This document shows positions 28,702-39,327 of a stretch of 64,000 bases of DNA, one piece after another. Position numbers and translations under genes: made by a program. The DNA lies in the NCBI GenBank assembly GCA_046539325.1, contig JBKHHD010000002.1, forward strand, positions 1-64,000, written 5' to 3'. The notes beneath the pieces were generated by a model. The model was given only the letters and a program-made list of their open reading frames with translations. It searched no databases and was not told the origin of the DNA. This DNA comes from Candidatus Aenigmatarchaeota archaeon. GTDB taxonomy: Archaea; Aenigmatarchaeota; Aenigmatarchaeia; PWEA01. Position 1 is the first letter of the stretch; each line of letters starts with the position of its first letter.

Positions 28702-29172
28702 TTGTTTTCTATGAGCCTCTACATAGCAAGGATCGCCGCCGGTCTCATAGCAGGCTTTCTCGCAGGTCTTGTGAGCTACCTACTGTACAGGAAGTACGAG
28801 GAGGCCCACGAGCTTCTCAAGAGGCTTGTATACAGGCCGATAGGACTGCCCGATGAAGGACAGATGTTCAGGAAGAGGTCCTACCTTCTTATAATGTCGA
28901 TAACAGGAATGATCTTCGGCTTCGTTTTCGAGGCCTTACGAATGCACAGATTCCTCAAACAGCTCACCGTAAGGATGCAGGACCTGGCCTTCTTTGCCTT
29001 CTCGATATGCCTTTCCGTTGCAGTTTTCCAGATTTTTCTCCACTGGAAGATGAAGGACGCAAGCAAGAAGGTGATGGAGCAGTGGCTGATTTTAGGACTC
29101 GTTTTCGGTTTCTTCCTAGGACTTTTCTTTAACCTGATATCCTTCTTTGTAATAGGACCGCTTCTTCTCTGA
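28702..29172 (+). CDS. Hypothetical membrane protein (about 4 TM)
   Basis: Four hydrophobic segments. Confidence 0.65.
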   Translation: MFSMSLYIARIAAGLIAGFLAGLVSYLLYRKYEEAHELLKRLVYRPIGLPDEGQMFRKRSYLLIMSITGMIFGFVFEALRMHRFLKQLTVRMQDLAFFAFSICLSVAVFQIFLHWKMKDASKKVMEQWLILGLVFGFFLGLFFNLISFFVIGPLLL

Positions 29173-29208
29173 AGAAGTTTTTTATCCTAAGACCGACAAG
29201 TTGAAAAC

Positions 29209-30252
29209 ATGGCAGAAGAAGTTGAAACTGCAATATACGAAAATTTGGAGGGGGATACAGTTAGGTGCGGTGTATGTCCCCGTAATTGCGTCATAGACGA
29301 GGGCGAACGCGGCTTCTGCAACGTAAGGGAAAACAGAAGTGGAAAGCTGGTTTCGCTTGTCTACGGGAGGGCCGTGTCTTCAACGGTTGATCCTATAGAA
29401 AAGAAGCCTCTGTTCCACTTCGCTCCCGGAAGCAGAGCTCTTTCAATAGCGACGGTTGGTTGTAACCTCCGGTGTGATTTCTGCCAGAACTTCAAGATCT
29501 CACAGGACTGGAACGAGATAAGCGGCGAAGACCTTCCCCCGGAAAAGGTCGTTGAGGAAGCTGAAAGGTACAGATGTGAAGGGATAGCTTACACTTACAC
29601 GGAACCTACGATCTTTCTAGAATACGCACGGGACACTATGAGGAAAGCTTCGCCGTTCCATTACAACGTATTTGTGTCTAACGGTTACATAACGGAGGAG
29701 TCAATAAAGGAGATAGCTCCGTACCTCGATGCTATAAATATAGACCTTAAAGGCAGTGGAAGGTTCTACGAAGAACACTGCAGCGTTCCTGATATGGAGC
29801 CAATAAAGGAGGCCATGAAGGCAATAAATGAGAGGGACATTCTTTTAGAGGTCACAAACCTCATAATCCCTGGCGAGAACGATTCAGAAGAAGAGATAGT
29901 GGAAAGGGTGGACTGGATCAAGGATAATCTCGGGAGGGAAACACCTGTCCATTTTTCCCGCTTCCGTCCTGATTTCAGGATGAGGGACAAGAAGCCTACG
30001 CCCTTGGAAACACTTGAAAAGGCTATAGATATAGCTGAGAACCACGGACTTAAGCACGTATACTGCGGAAACGTTCCTGGACATAGAAGCGAATCCACGT
30101 ACTGTCCGAGGTGTAGCAGCCTCGTAGTAAAGAGAGAGGGCTTCTCTGTAAAGGAGATGGACCTGAGGAAAGGTATGAGGTGCGGAAGCTGTGGGAAGGA
30201 GCTTAACATCGAAGGGGAGGACTGGATTCCTGACAAACTATTTAAAGGTTGA
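29209..30252 (+). CDS. AmmeMemoRadiSam-type radical SAM enzyme (PflA-like)
   Basis: C..CPRNC, DPIEKKPLFHF, GCNLRCDFCQN, YTYTEPT, C-terminal CPRC/CGSC. Confidence 0.92.
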   Translation: MAEEVETAIYENLEGDTVRCGVCPRNCVIDEGERGFCNVRENRSGKLVSLVYGRAVSSTVDPIEKKPLFHFAPGSRALSIATVGCNLRCDFCQNFKISQDWNEISGEDLPPEKVVEEAERYRCEGIAYTYTEPTIFLEYARDTMRKASPFHYNVFVSNGYITEESIKEIAPYLDAINIDLKGSGRFYEEHCSVPDMEPIKEAMKAINERDILLEVTNLIIPGENDSEEEIVERVDWIKDNLGRETPVHFSRFRPDFRMRDKKPTPLETLEKAIDIAENHGLKHVYCGNVPGHRSESTYCPRCSSLVVKREGFSVKEMDLRKGMRCGSCGKELNIEGEDWIPDKLFKG

Positions 30253-30707
30253 GAAGGATAAAAGGTGCGATGAGCATGCACGAAGAAGAGACAAGGGAAA
30301 AGGTAGAGAAGGGATGGTTAAGGGTCAGAGCTTTCGTTGAAGTGATGGCAATCAAAGAGGACGCAGCGACCAAGGCGTTGGAGAAACACGTGGAGAAGAT
30401 AGAAGATCAGGACGGCATCGAGGTCTACAAGAAGGAGTTTGATGAACCGGAACTGGTCGACAACCCACCGACGAAAAAGGCGAACAAGGCATATTCACAG
30501 ATCGTGGAGATAGAGTTCGTCGTTTCCTCGGTAAAGAACCTTATGACGTTCTCGATGATATACGGTCCTTCATCCGTGGAAATCATAGAACCCAACTCTG
30601 TAGAAATCAAAGTCGATGAACTGCAGGATATGGCAAACAGTGCCGCAGCCCTGATACATCAGTACGCATCACAGGGAGCCGGTGGCATTGTTACTTCGCC
30701 TGATTGA
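30249..30707 (+). CDS. Conserved hypothetical protein
   Basis: ORF coupled to the radical SAM gene; YGPSSVEIIEP motif; true start may be a downstream ATG. Confidence 0.7.
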   Translation: MRRIKGAMSMHEEETREKVEKGWLRVRAFVEVMAIKEDAATKALEKHVEKIEDQDGIEVYKKEFDEPELVDNPPTKKANKAYSQIVEIEFVVSSVKNLMTFSMIYGPSSVEIIEPNSVEIKVDELQDMANSAAALIHQYASQGAGGIVTSPD

Positions 30708-30772
30708 AACGTTTCAGGAAAGCCGAACAAAATCTAAAACTATTTATTTCTTGATTAGAAACCTTAGACAGT

Positions 30773-31669
30773 ATGAAAAGAATAGTTTTAAGTCTCGCTC
30801 TAGCGTTGGTGCTTATGCCTGCAGTGGCAGAAGCAGCCAGTCTGAACCTTTACAGGAGACAGGTTCTCGCAGGTCCCGCGGAGAGCTCCGTGGAGGATAC
30901 ACTTCTCTTCGAGGAGGCACCATCTACGCTAGAACTACCGATTTTTTCCACCCTGAGTAAGTTCGAGGCAAGGTCAACACTCTCAAACCACACCTGCGAA
31001 GCGGGCGAAAAAGGGTATGGTTCACTCATAACCTGTGAGCTTCCTGAGGGCGAAAGCGGAAGGCTCTCCCTGGAGTTCACGACCAAGGGATTCGTCAGGG
31101 AAACGGGTAAACACTACTACTTCCAGGACGACTTCGATACGCCGTACCAGACAGAAAACATGGTATACAACGCCAAGCTAAAGGAAGGTCTCGTGCTAAT
31201 AGACGAGGATATGGAAACGCCCTTCGACAGGTTCTCGCCGAGCTATGGTGAGGAGGGCTCGGACGGAAGGAGGATATATATTGTATGGTCGGAGGAGAAT
31301 GTATCTCCGGGCGAAGGAATACAGGTATCTATGTCCTTTGAAAAAACAACAAGAGAGAATGGTATCTCACTGGAGGTTTTGATAGTTATAACGGGTGTAG
31401 TCCTTGTGGCCTTACTCCTCGTATTAGGTGCAAATATAGGGAAGGGTGAGGAAGGCTCCCTTCCGGAAGCCCTCAAGGATGACGAGAGGAAAACAATGGA
31501 GATAATTGAGAACTCCGGAGGGCAGATAAAACAGAAGAGGATCGTGGATGCAGTAGACTTCTCCAAAGCAAAGGTTTCAAGACTGGTCCACGATCTAAAG
31601 GAACGTGGCCTCCTGGAAACAGAAAAGGTTGGCAGAACGAACAGGGTAAAGCTAAAGGAAGGTAACTGA
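30773..31669 (+). CDS. Membrane-anchored protein with extracellular domain and C-terminal wHTH
   Basis: Signal peptide, TM, Q..IV....FSKAKVSRLV..L.ERG....K.GRTN. Confidence 0.85.
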   Translation: MKRIVLSLALALVLMPAVAEAASLNLYRRQVLAGPAESSVEDTLLFEEAPSTLELPIFSTLSKFEARSTLSNHTCEAGEKGYGSLITCELPEGESGRLSLEFTTKGFVRETGKHYYFQDDFDTPYQTENMVYNAKLKEGLVLIDEDMETPFDRFSPSYGEEGSDGRRIYIVWSEENVSPGEGIQVSMSFEKTTRENGISLEVLIVITGVVLVALLLVLGANIGKGEEGSLPEALKDDERKTMEIIENSGGQIKQKRIVDAVDFSKAKVSRLVHDLKERGLLETEKVGRTNRVKLKEGN

Positions 31670-31670
31670 C

Positions 31671-32900
31671 ATGTTCCTAACACAGCTACTGGTACAGAAC
31701 TCGGTTATAATCGTTGCATCACTGATATCGCTGTTCGTCACTATATACTTCCTCCTATGTTTCATCGAAAATCGCGGAAATCTAGACAGTCCGGAGTCCA
31801 ACTGGACGCCATACGTATCGATACTTGTGCCGGCCTACAACGAGGAAGGCATTATAGGTAAGACGATAGAAGGACTGATGGAGATGAACTATCCTAATAA
31901 GGAGATCATCGTCGTGGACGACGGATCCACGGACGACACGGTGGAGGTAGCGAGGGAAGCCTCGGGAGGCGATGACAACATCAGAATACTGACCAAGGAA
32001 AACGGTGGTAAACCAAACGCCCTAAACTACGGCCTCGACTACTGTGAAGGTGAACTTATATTCTCCCTGGATGCAGACTCCGTCCCGAGGGAAGGAGCTA
32101 TAAGGAATATGATCTCCCACTTCGAGAAGGACGAAAGGGTTATGGCGGTCGTCCCAACCCTCAAGGTCATGGAACCCTCCAACCTTTGGGAGAAGGCACA
32201 GGCCGTCGAATACGGAATAACTTCGTTTCTGCGTAAGATGCTTTCCTTCATAAACTCCCTCAACGTTACGCCGGGTGCACCGATGTACCGCAAGGAGTTC
32301 TTCGAGGAGCACGGTGGATTCGACGAAACTACGGTTACGGAGGACCAGGAAATGGGTCTGAGGATACACGAGAAGGGATACAAGGTGGACCACGCCATAG
32401 ATTCTGTGGTCTACACGAAGGCACCGGACGATATGAAGGGGCTGAAGACACAGAGGGTAAGGTGGAACTACGGAAAGCTAGAGAACCTTGCAAAATATAA
32501 GCATATGTTGAGCAGGAACTACGGAAATCTAGGCACCTTTTACCTACCCACGACGCTGGCTTCCGTGGTGGTTCCTATAGCCCTTCTGTTGTACATAGGT
32601 GCGAACTCACTGGATAGACTTTACAGTCTTCTACGTCACCAGTACCTAATAGAGTTCGACCTGGAGTACCAGATGGCTTCATTTCTGGAGTTCGGGTTCT
32701 CGCCCAACATAGCCCACGTTATCCTCGGGTTTCTGATACTGTTCTCAGTAGTCACGTATATTCTGGCAAGGAGAAGGGTAAAAGAAATAGGTTTCAAGCT
32801 ACCGTACATCTTCTACCTCTTCATCTACATATGGATACTTGCCGCATTCCAGTTTATAGCTCTTGTCCGGTTCATATTCGGAAGGAAACCGAAGTGGTAA
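31671..32900 (+). CDS. Processive-type GT2 glycosyltransferase
   Basis: PAYNE, VDDGSTD, GGK..ALN, DAD, TED, QRVRW. Confidence 0.92.
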   Translation: MFLTQLLVQNSVIIVASLISLFVTIYFLLCFIENRGNLDSPESNWTPYVSILVPAYNEEGIIGKTIEGLMEMNYPNKEIIVVDDGSTDDTVEVAREASGGDDNIRILTKENGGKPNALNYGLDYCEGELIFSLDADSVPREGAIRNMISHFEKDERVMAVVPTLKVMEPSNLWEKAQAVEYGITSFLRKMLSFINSLNVTPGAPMYRKEFFEEHGGFDETTVTEDQEMGLRIHEKGYKVDHAIDSVVYTKAPDDMKGLKTQRVRWNYGKLENLAKYKHMLSRNYGNLGTFYLPTTLASVVVPIALLLYIGANSLDRLYSLLRHQYLIEFDLEYQMASFLEFGFSPNIAHVILGFLILFSVVTYILARRRVKEIGFKLPYIFYLFIYIWILAAFQFIALVRFIFGRKPKW

Positions 32901-32945
32901 GGAGAAAGATATTAATAGTAGGCTCGATTAAACTTCTCTGATAGC

Positions 32946-34307
32946 TTGAAAGATCTCGAAGAACTGAAGGGATGGATTTCAGAAAACAGGTACCTTCTCT
33001 TGATATGGATAGCTTCGACGCTGTTCTTCCTTTACCAGCAGTCCACGGGACTTTCCTGGGACTTCGCCGTCTACGAGATGAACGCGGAGTACCTCTGTTG
33101 TGACGGACACTACTTCGAGTGGGCCAGACCACCCTTTGCTCCGCTCCTCATGATCCTTTCCTCTGCCTTTACACTGTTCACGTGGAACTACGCAGGATAC
33201 GTATACGTCGTCATAGTTTCCGCGATATTTGGCTTCGGCTCCGTGAAATTCGCCGATGAGTTCGGAGTCGATAGAAGGCTGTTCTACGCTCTCATACTGT
33301 CGCCCTTCGTTCTAAACATGGGCCTCATGGCAGGCACGGAGCTGCTGACCCTGGGCTTACTGATGTTTTTTCTCTCCTACATAAAGGATATCAAGGGAGC
33401 CGTGTTTATGGGTTTGGCAGGTCTTTCGAGGTATCCTGCATTTATCTTCTTTCCGCTGGTCCTCTTCCAGAAGAACTGGAAGAAGATCCTCGCTTCCCTA
33501 CTGGTCATAGGCCTCGTTGTCTCGCCTTGGCTTCTTTACAACGAGATGAAGAGGGACGACCCCATCTACTCCTTAGAAAACAGTTACGCACTCAACGTCG
33601 AGCAGCGACATGACACGGTCGATGAGCCCGGACTCATGGACTTCCTATTGCCGATAGGTTACTACCTTCCCCTTCTCTTCCTCGGAGCTTACTTCAAGTG
33701 GAAGGAAAACTGGGGCGAAAAGGACTGGATTATAGTCGCCTTCACAGCTCTGGCCGTTTTCTCCTATCTCCGAACGCCTCACAAGGAACCAAGATACCTC
33801 TTCAACCTAATACTTCCAGCGGCCTATTTTTCATACCACAGTCTGAGAGATCGGCACGAAAAGATTTTTATTGTAGTTCTGGCTGTAAACCTGGTTCTTG
33901 CTGGAGCGTTCTTCGTACCGCTCGGCGAGTACGCAGACATGGGTGAGGCCGTACAAGCAACGGGTAACTGCATGGCAACATCGAATCTCTGGGTGCCGAT
34001 GAACTACCACGGAAAGCCAACCGAGCCAATCTCAACCAACATCTCAGAATCCCTGGAACAGGGGAATAGGGTAGTCCTTTTCAAACACGCCTCCAACTAC
34101 GAGACTTACTTGAACAGAATCGACTCAGAACAACCGATAATCGAAGAAACCGAAATCTATACAGTTTTTGGTTACGAAGATAGATGTTCACCGGAGAGAA
34201 AGGCCGACCGTTCCTTCCTGGTAAGGGAAGGGGAACTGAACGACATAGAAGGCTGCGAGGATATGTTTCCTTGGTTTATCTGCGTATTCTCTCCTTCAGT
34301 AGCATGA
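32946..34307 (+). CDS. GT-C fold membrane glycosyltransferase (ArnT/PMT-like)
   Basis: Multi-TM; WD..Y, RPP, KEPRYL. Confidence 0.78.
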   Translation: MKDLEELKGWISENRYLLLIWIASTLFFLYQQSTGLSWDFAVYEMNAEYLCCDGHYFEWARPPFAPLLMILSSAFTLFTWNYAGYVYVVIVSAIFGFGSVKFADEFGVDRRLFYALILSPFVLNMGLMAGTELLTLGLLMFFLSYIKDIKGAVFMGLAGLSRYPAFIFFPLVLFQKNWKKILASLLVIGLVVSPWLLYNEMKRDDPIYSLENSYALNVEQRHDTVDEPGLMDFLLPIGYYLPLLFLGAYFKWKENWGEKDWIIVAFTALAVFSYLRTPHKEPRYLFNLILPAAYFSYHSLRDRHEKIFIVVLAVNLVLAGAFFVPLGEYADMGEAVQATGNCMATSNLWVPMNYHGKPTEPISTNISESLEQGNRVVLFKHASNYETYLNRIDSEQPIIEETEIYTVFGYEDRCSPERKADRSFLVREGELNDIEGCEDMFPWFICVFSPSVA

Positions 34308-34935
34308 GAAGGATTTTAGGTGCGTCCCTCGTTCCGCTGAGGTTGGATTCACCTCTTCTCTGATCGTAATCCACCCAGACCTCCATCACGTTAAGCTCCT
34401 TCTTACATACCTGTGCGAAGATATTTGCCTCTATCTCGAATCCTCTGGCAATGAGCTCCAGGGAACGGAGAGCTTCCTGGGTAAAGCCAAGATAGCCTGT
34501 ACAAAGGTCCTCGGTTTTTCTGTAAAGGAGGGTCGCAGTAATGGAAAATAAACTGTTGCCCAGATGGTGACTCAACAGCATGTTTTCCTCATCCATATCC
34601 CTGACGCCACGTACCACGTCGCAGTTCTCTAAAAGCTCAAGGAAACGTGGTATGTACTTCGGCGGATAGGTCATATCTGCGTCCAGCATTACGAACCTGT
34701 CGTAGTCATCTATTATATGACCAACTGCAGCTCTGAAGGCTATGCCCTTTCCCTTCTCCCTTACCATCAGAACTCTGGCTCCCTTTTCTTTGGCTATCTT
34801 CACCGTGGCGTCCGTAGACAACCCATCTATAACCACGGGCTCGAGGTCGTAGCCGTCTACATCATGAATCCTCTCCAGAACCTCGCCTATAGCCTCCTCT
34901 TCGTTGAGCGTAGGAAGGAGAACTGCGTTCCTCAT
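34276..34935 (-). CDS. GT2 polyprenol-phosphate glycosyltransferase (DPM-synthase-like)
   Basis: PTLNEE, DGLSTD, GKG, DADMTY, FEIE, R.GES. Confidence 0.88.
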   Translation of the reverse strand: MRNAVLLPTLNEEEAIGEVLERIHDVDGYDLEPVVIDGLSTDATVKIAKEKGARVLMVREKGKGIAFRAAVGHIIDDYDRFVMLDADMTYPPKYIPRFLELLENCDVVRGVRDMDEENMLLSHHLGNSLFSITATLLYRKTEDLCTGYLGFTQEALRSLELIARGFEIEANIFAQVCKKELNVMEVWVDYDQRRGESNLSGTRDAPKILLMLLKERIRR

Positions 34936-34985
34936 CCTATCGTCAAGATATTTATAACAAGGGTTTAAATGTTTATACGGTATTC

Positions 34986-35741
34986 ATGGGTGAGGTATTC
35001 GACACGAACTGGAAGAGATACGGAGCAGCGATAATCGCAACGCTAGTAGTCTTCGGCTTCGGTGTGGGACTGGGCTATGCCTTTGCTTCACAGACCGCAA
35101 GACGTGTAAGGAACATGCAAGAGGACCTCGAGGAGCAGCTCCTGGGCATGGAGGTTCAGGAGTCTCTGGCCGAGGAATACATCTGTGAGGCCGATATATT
35201 TGGGGTTAGTGAGGAAAGAACCAGTCTCGGACGGCGTCTCACCCGAATGGAGAACTCCTTCGGTCCCGAGGACGAAAGAGTAAAGGATATGAAGAAGAGG
35301 TACTCCTTGCTTTCAATAAGGCAGATGCTCGTCGTCGAGGAGTACAACGAGTTATGTAACGACAGCTACGCACCTATAATATTCTTCTACTCGAACAAGA
35401 AAAACGTGACTGACAGCGAGTCACAGGGCTACGTCCTGGACTACATATACGAGACGTATCCGGACGAGGTCGTGATTTACTCCCTGGACTTCGATCTCGA
35501 TGAACCAGGGCTCAACGCACTAAAGGATGTGTACAATGTCAACAGTACACCTACGATAGTTGTGAACGAGACGAAGTACGAAGGCCTGAGGGATCGTGAC
35601 GAGGTCGAGGAGATACTCACTGAGGAGACATATCTGGACCTCAAGGAGGAAGAAGTCGAACCGGAAAGTTCGAACGAGACCGAAAGTCTCAACGAAACCT
35701 CAGAACCTGAAAACCAAACGTCTGAGAACACAGAAAATTAG
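34986..35741 (+). CDS. Membrane-anchored thioredoxin-fold-like protein
   Basis: N-terminal TM; IIFFYS...YNV.STPTIVVN cis-Pro-like motif; no CxxC. Confidence 0.6.
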   Translation: MGEVFDTNWKRYGAAIIATLVVFGFGVGLGYAFASQTARRVRNMQEDLEEQLLGMEVQESLAEEYICEADIFGVSEERTSLGRRLTRMENSFGPEDERVKDMKKRYSLLSIRQMLVVEEYNELCNDSYAPIIFFYSNKKNVTDSESQGYVLDYIYETYPDEVVIYSLDFDLDEPGLNALKDVYNVNSTPTIVVNETKYEGLRDRDEVEEILTEETYLDLKEEEVEPESSNETESLNETSEPENQTSENTEN

Positions 35742-36020
35742 AAAACCTCTCAGAAAGCTTCTTTAAGACAATAAAAGTTCATAAGCTCCTATGAAACAGT
35801 TAAATGGTCTTAAAAATGTTCTGTGGTTCGAACAGAGTCTCTCCACAGAACGAAATCGCAGGCCTGAAACTGTTTCAAGTTACCTTTTTATAAGGGAAAG
35901 GGGTTATCTAGTGATGGAGTTAAAACAAAAGGTCCATCACGGACCGAATCCGGTTCCACCAAAATCTTTCGGAATCGGATAAACAAACAAAATTTTTAGC
36001 AAACTTAGGTGATTAGCAAC

Positions 36021-38756
36021 ATGCAAATTAAGAAACTTGCAGCATCTGCATTGGGTACATTGATGGCTGGAGCTTCTCTAGCCTTCCCAGCAGCAGCTGC
36101 ATCAATGGAAGATCTTCCAGCACCGTTCATCGAGGACGGTGAAGCCGACTTCTCAATGGTAGTCGGTCAGGACGCAGCACCTTCAGACGTTGTAGGTGCT
36201 ATCGACGTCGCAACGACCATGGGAGGTCAACCAACAGTAGAAGAAGAAGTAGAAACAGAAGGAGGTGTTTCAGAGTGGACAGCAGACAACGGAATCACAC
36301 TCAACAGAGAGAACAGCAACCTGTTCCTATATGATGCAACAGACGCAGAAGAAAGCCGACTAGACAGCAGAGACCTAGACGCACTCTCCTCAACAGAATT
36401 CACATCTGAAGACGGAGAAGACGTAGACGTAGAATACGAAGCAAACATCGGAAGCGAGAACCAGAGCTTCAACACAGCAGGAGACCACGACGACCCACTC
36501 CTACACGTCAACGTTGACACTGACGCTGAAGAAGACGAACTGTTCTCAGCAACCGTTGAATTCAGTGACAGCATCGACTTTACAGAGACAGACCACGGCG
36601 AAGGAGATGCAGACGAAGTTCTTGAAGATGGAGATGAAATCTCACTCTTCGGAACAGAGTACAGCTTCTCTGACGAGTCCGACAAAGACACACTCGTCCT
36701 TTACGAGAACAGTGAGACATTCGACGTCGAAGACGGAGACGAAGAAACAGTCGAAATCGGTGACGACGAACACACCTTCGAAACAGTAACAGTCAACGAA
36801 GAAGGAGACTCAGCAACAATCCGTGTCGACGAAGAACTTGAAGAAGTCAACGAAGATAGCGACGACGAAATCACAGTCGGCGACACAGACATCCGAGTAA
36901 GAAACATCTTCTCAACAGGCAGTGACGGAGAAGGAGTAGTCGAATTCGCAATCGGAAGCGACGAACTGAACATCCACGAAGACGGAGAAGTAGAGAAAGA
37001 CGAAGACGAAGTAGAAGGAGTCCACGCTGAACTCAGCGGAGGCGACTTCAACGACGTTGACGACATAGAGTTCCGTTTCGGAGCCGCAGACAGTGATGAG
37101 GACTACCTCGAAGCTGGCGACAGCTACACAGACCCAGTCTTCGGAGCACTTGAGTTCCACTACGGAGGACTCAGCCCGAACGCTGCTGAAGACCCAGCAG
37201 AGACAGTCGAAGTCGAAGCAGAAGATGAAGAAGCAGCAGAGATCAGCTTCATGGACGAGAGCGGCGAAGACGCAGACATCGCATTCAAACACGAAGACGC
37301 AGACAACAACCTGGCAGTTGACGACGACGAAGACATCGCGACCTACGACGGACAATCAGTCAAAGAAGAGGAACACCTCATCCTCAACCAGAACGAAGAC
37401 GCAGCGATGTACCAGGTCACAGACGTCGACGACACAGACCTCCAAGACGCACGTGACAGTGATGATGATAACGATCCTTACACTGAAGACGGAGAAGTCT
37501 CAGTAGAACTTGAGAACGTTGTCACAGGAGAATCAGTCACAGTCGAAGACGATGGACTAGAAATCGATGATGATGCTGCTGAAACAGTTGAACTCAAAGA
37601 TGAATCTGTCGAAGGAATGGACTTTGATGTCACGTTCGAAGGCGACGACCACGTCTCACTCGAAAGCACCTACGACGACGGACAGGCAGTCTATCCAAAC
37701 CTGTACAGTGAATCAGGTGCAGCAGTAGCATTCGCAGAAGAAGCAAGCAACTTTGCATCCATCACCGCAGATGATGAAGATAGTGATACACAGACTCACG
37801 ACATCAGACTTCCAAGTACCACGTCTTCAGGAGATCTAGACGTAACAGTGGAGATTGATGAGTCTAATGAGGAAGCAACGGTAACTGGAGATGGCGTCTC
37901 AGACGCTGACACAGAAGACGTAGACGAAGGAGCAACCATCGATTTCACAGCAGGAGAAGTTGACTACGACCTTGAGCTATCAAACGAGACTTTCGACGGA
38001 AATGCTGGTGATACGACGTTCGATCTGACTTTGAACGTTGACGAAGCAGACAGCAATCCGTCCGCAATGGTTCTTCAGCCTGAGGACGACGAAGAAGACG
38101 AGCACGGATTCATCTTCGAGCCTAAAGGCGCCGATGACGATGAGGTAGACGGCGGCGTAGACGTTGGCTACACAGGAGAAGACGACGACGACAGAGACGA
38201 TGTCCGTAAAGGCGGTTGGGCAACACAGGACATGGACAGTGAGGACAACGTCGAAGTAGGTTACAACACCTACGGTACGTACACAGAGTACGACACTGAT
38301 GACGACGACGAAGTCTTCACAGCTCAGCTTCCAGAAGCTCAGTCAACATCTGGTATGGCTCTGACTGGCGAAGACGGAGAGCTTTCCGCTGAAGGTGGCG
38401 GAGGTTCAGTGAGCTACGACAGGATCATGCCGGTTTATGATGCTGTCGGTGCACTCGACAGTGAAGTCGAAGACCCCGCAAGCCAGGATCTGATTCTGGT
38501 TGGTGGACCTACGGTCAACACTCTGGTCGACGATCTCGTCCAGGAAGGCAAGATCGAAGGAACAGGCGCAGAAGAAGAAGAAGAAGACACGTTCGAGTGG
38601 CAGGAAGACACGCCTGAAGTCCAGCTGGTCGAAGACGCATTCGCTGACGGTCAGACCGCTCTTGTTGTCGCAGGGTGGGACCCCGAAGACACGAGAGACG
38701 CTGCTTTCGAAGTGCAGGATCAGTTGAACCCTGACACTGAAAGTCCGTTCGCTTAA
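36021..38756 (+). CDS. S-layer protein (highly acidic)
   Basis: IKKLAA signal, VVG..A.PSDVVGAIDVA N-domain, LILVGGP.VN and VVAG....DTR.AA C-domain; extreme D/E content and strong codon bias. Confidence 0.9.
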   Translation: MQIKKLAASALGTLMAGASLAFPAAAASMEDLPAPFIEDGEADFSMVVGQDAAPSDVVGAIDVATTMGGQPTVEEEVETEGGVSEWTADNGITLNRENSNLFLYDATDAEESRLDSRDLDALSSTEFTSEDGEDVDVEYEANIGSENQSFNTAGDHDDPLLHVNVDTDAEEDELFSATVEFSDSIDFTETDHGEGDADEVLEDGDEISLFGTEYSFSDESDKDTLVLYENSETFDVEDGDEETVEIGDDEHTFETVTVNEEGDSATIRVDEELEEVNEDSDDEITVGDTDIRVRNIFSTGSDGEGVVEFAIGSDELNIHEDGEVEKDEDEVEGVHAELSGGDFNDVDDIEFRFGAADSDEDYLEAGDSYTDPVFGALEFHYGGLSPNAAEDPAETVEVEAEDEEAAEISFMDESGEDADIAFKHEDADNNLAVDDDEDIATYDGQSVKEEEHLILNQNEDAAMYQVTDVDDTDLQDARDSDDDNDPYTEDGEVSVELENVVTGESVTVEDDGLEIDDDAAETVELKDESVEGMDFDVTFEGDDHVSLESTYDDGQAVYPNLYSESGAAVAFAEEASNFASITADDEDSDTQTHDIRLPSTTSSGDLDVTVEIDESNEEATVTGDGVSDADTEDVDEGATIDFTAGEVDYDLELSNETFDGNAGDTTFDLTLNVDEADSNPSAMVLQPEDDEEDEHGFIFEPKGADDDEVDGGVDVGYTGEDDDDRDDVRKGGWATQDMDSEDNVEVGYNTYGTYTEYDTDDDDEVFTAQLPEAQSTSGMALTGEDGELSAEGGGGSVSYDRIMPVYDAVGALDSEVEDPASQDLILVGGPTVNTLVDDLVQEGKIEGTGAEEEEEDTFEWQEDTPEVQLVEDAFADGQTALVVAGWDPEDTRDAAFEVQDQLNPDTESPFA

Positions 38757-38895
38757 GGACCTTCAGATTAGGGTGATCTAGGACTGGTTGATTCCGGTCC
38801 AAACCCCCTCCCTTTTTCTTTATTATTCTTACGCGACCAGCCTTGGCTCCGTGAAGCGTAAGGTTTTTATTTCTCAACGTAGACTTCATAAACAT

Positions 38896-39327
38896 ATGTT
38901 TGAATTCTTTGACTTCGAGCACTTCTCATGGGGAGTAGTTGTAGCACTGTTCGCCGTTATCGTACTGCTCGGAGTTACCTTTGGATTCTCCGCGTCGCTG
39001 GACATAGAGATGGAGAAGGTCCCTCTCTACGCACTCCTCGGTTTCACGATATCTATGGCACTGTTTGAGGGTGGTCTCATCGTCTACCTCTACGGTGCAA
39101 ACCGTGGAGCCTTCCACTCCGAGGAGAGGAGGAAGAACCTTATCCTGAAGCTCAACTCAGTGAAGAACGCCAGGGAGGACGTCGAAGAGGGCTTCATGAA
39201 GAGGAACATGGACAAGGAGTCCAGGGACGAAATGCTGAGAGACCTCAAACAGAAGGAGCTGGAGATAAAGAACCAGCTGGAGACGCTACAGAAGGGCGAG
39301 CTGGATTTCGATATGGAGGGTGAGTGA
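38896..39327 (+). CDS. Hypothetical 2-TM protein with C-terminal coiled-coil
   Basis: Hydrophobic pair then charged helix; start reassigned to ATG 38896. Confidence 0.65.
   Translation: MFEFFDFEHFSWGVVVALFAVIVLLGVTFGFSASLDIEMEKVPLYALLGFTISMALFEGGLIVYLYGANRGAFHSEERRKNLILKLNSVKNAREDVEEGFMKRNMDKESRDEMLRDLKQKELEIKNQLETLQKGELDFDMEGE

Noticed and set aside
35880-36020. Hairpin-containing leader before the S-layer gene as a riboswitch
   Set aside because: Long structured 5' UTRs are usual for S-layer mRNAs and no known aptamer motif is visible
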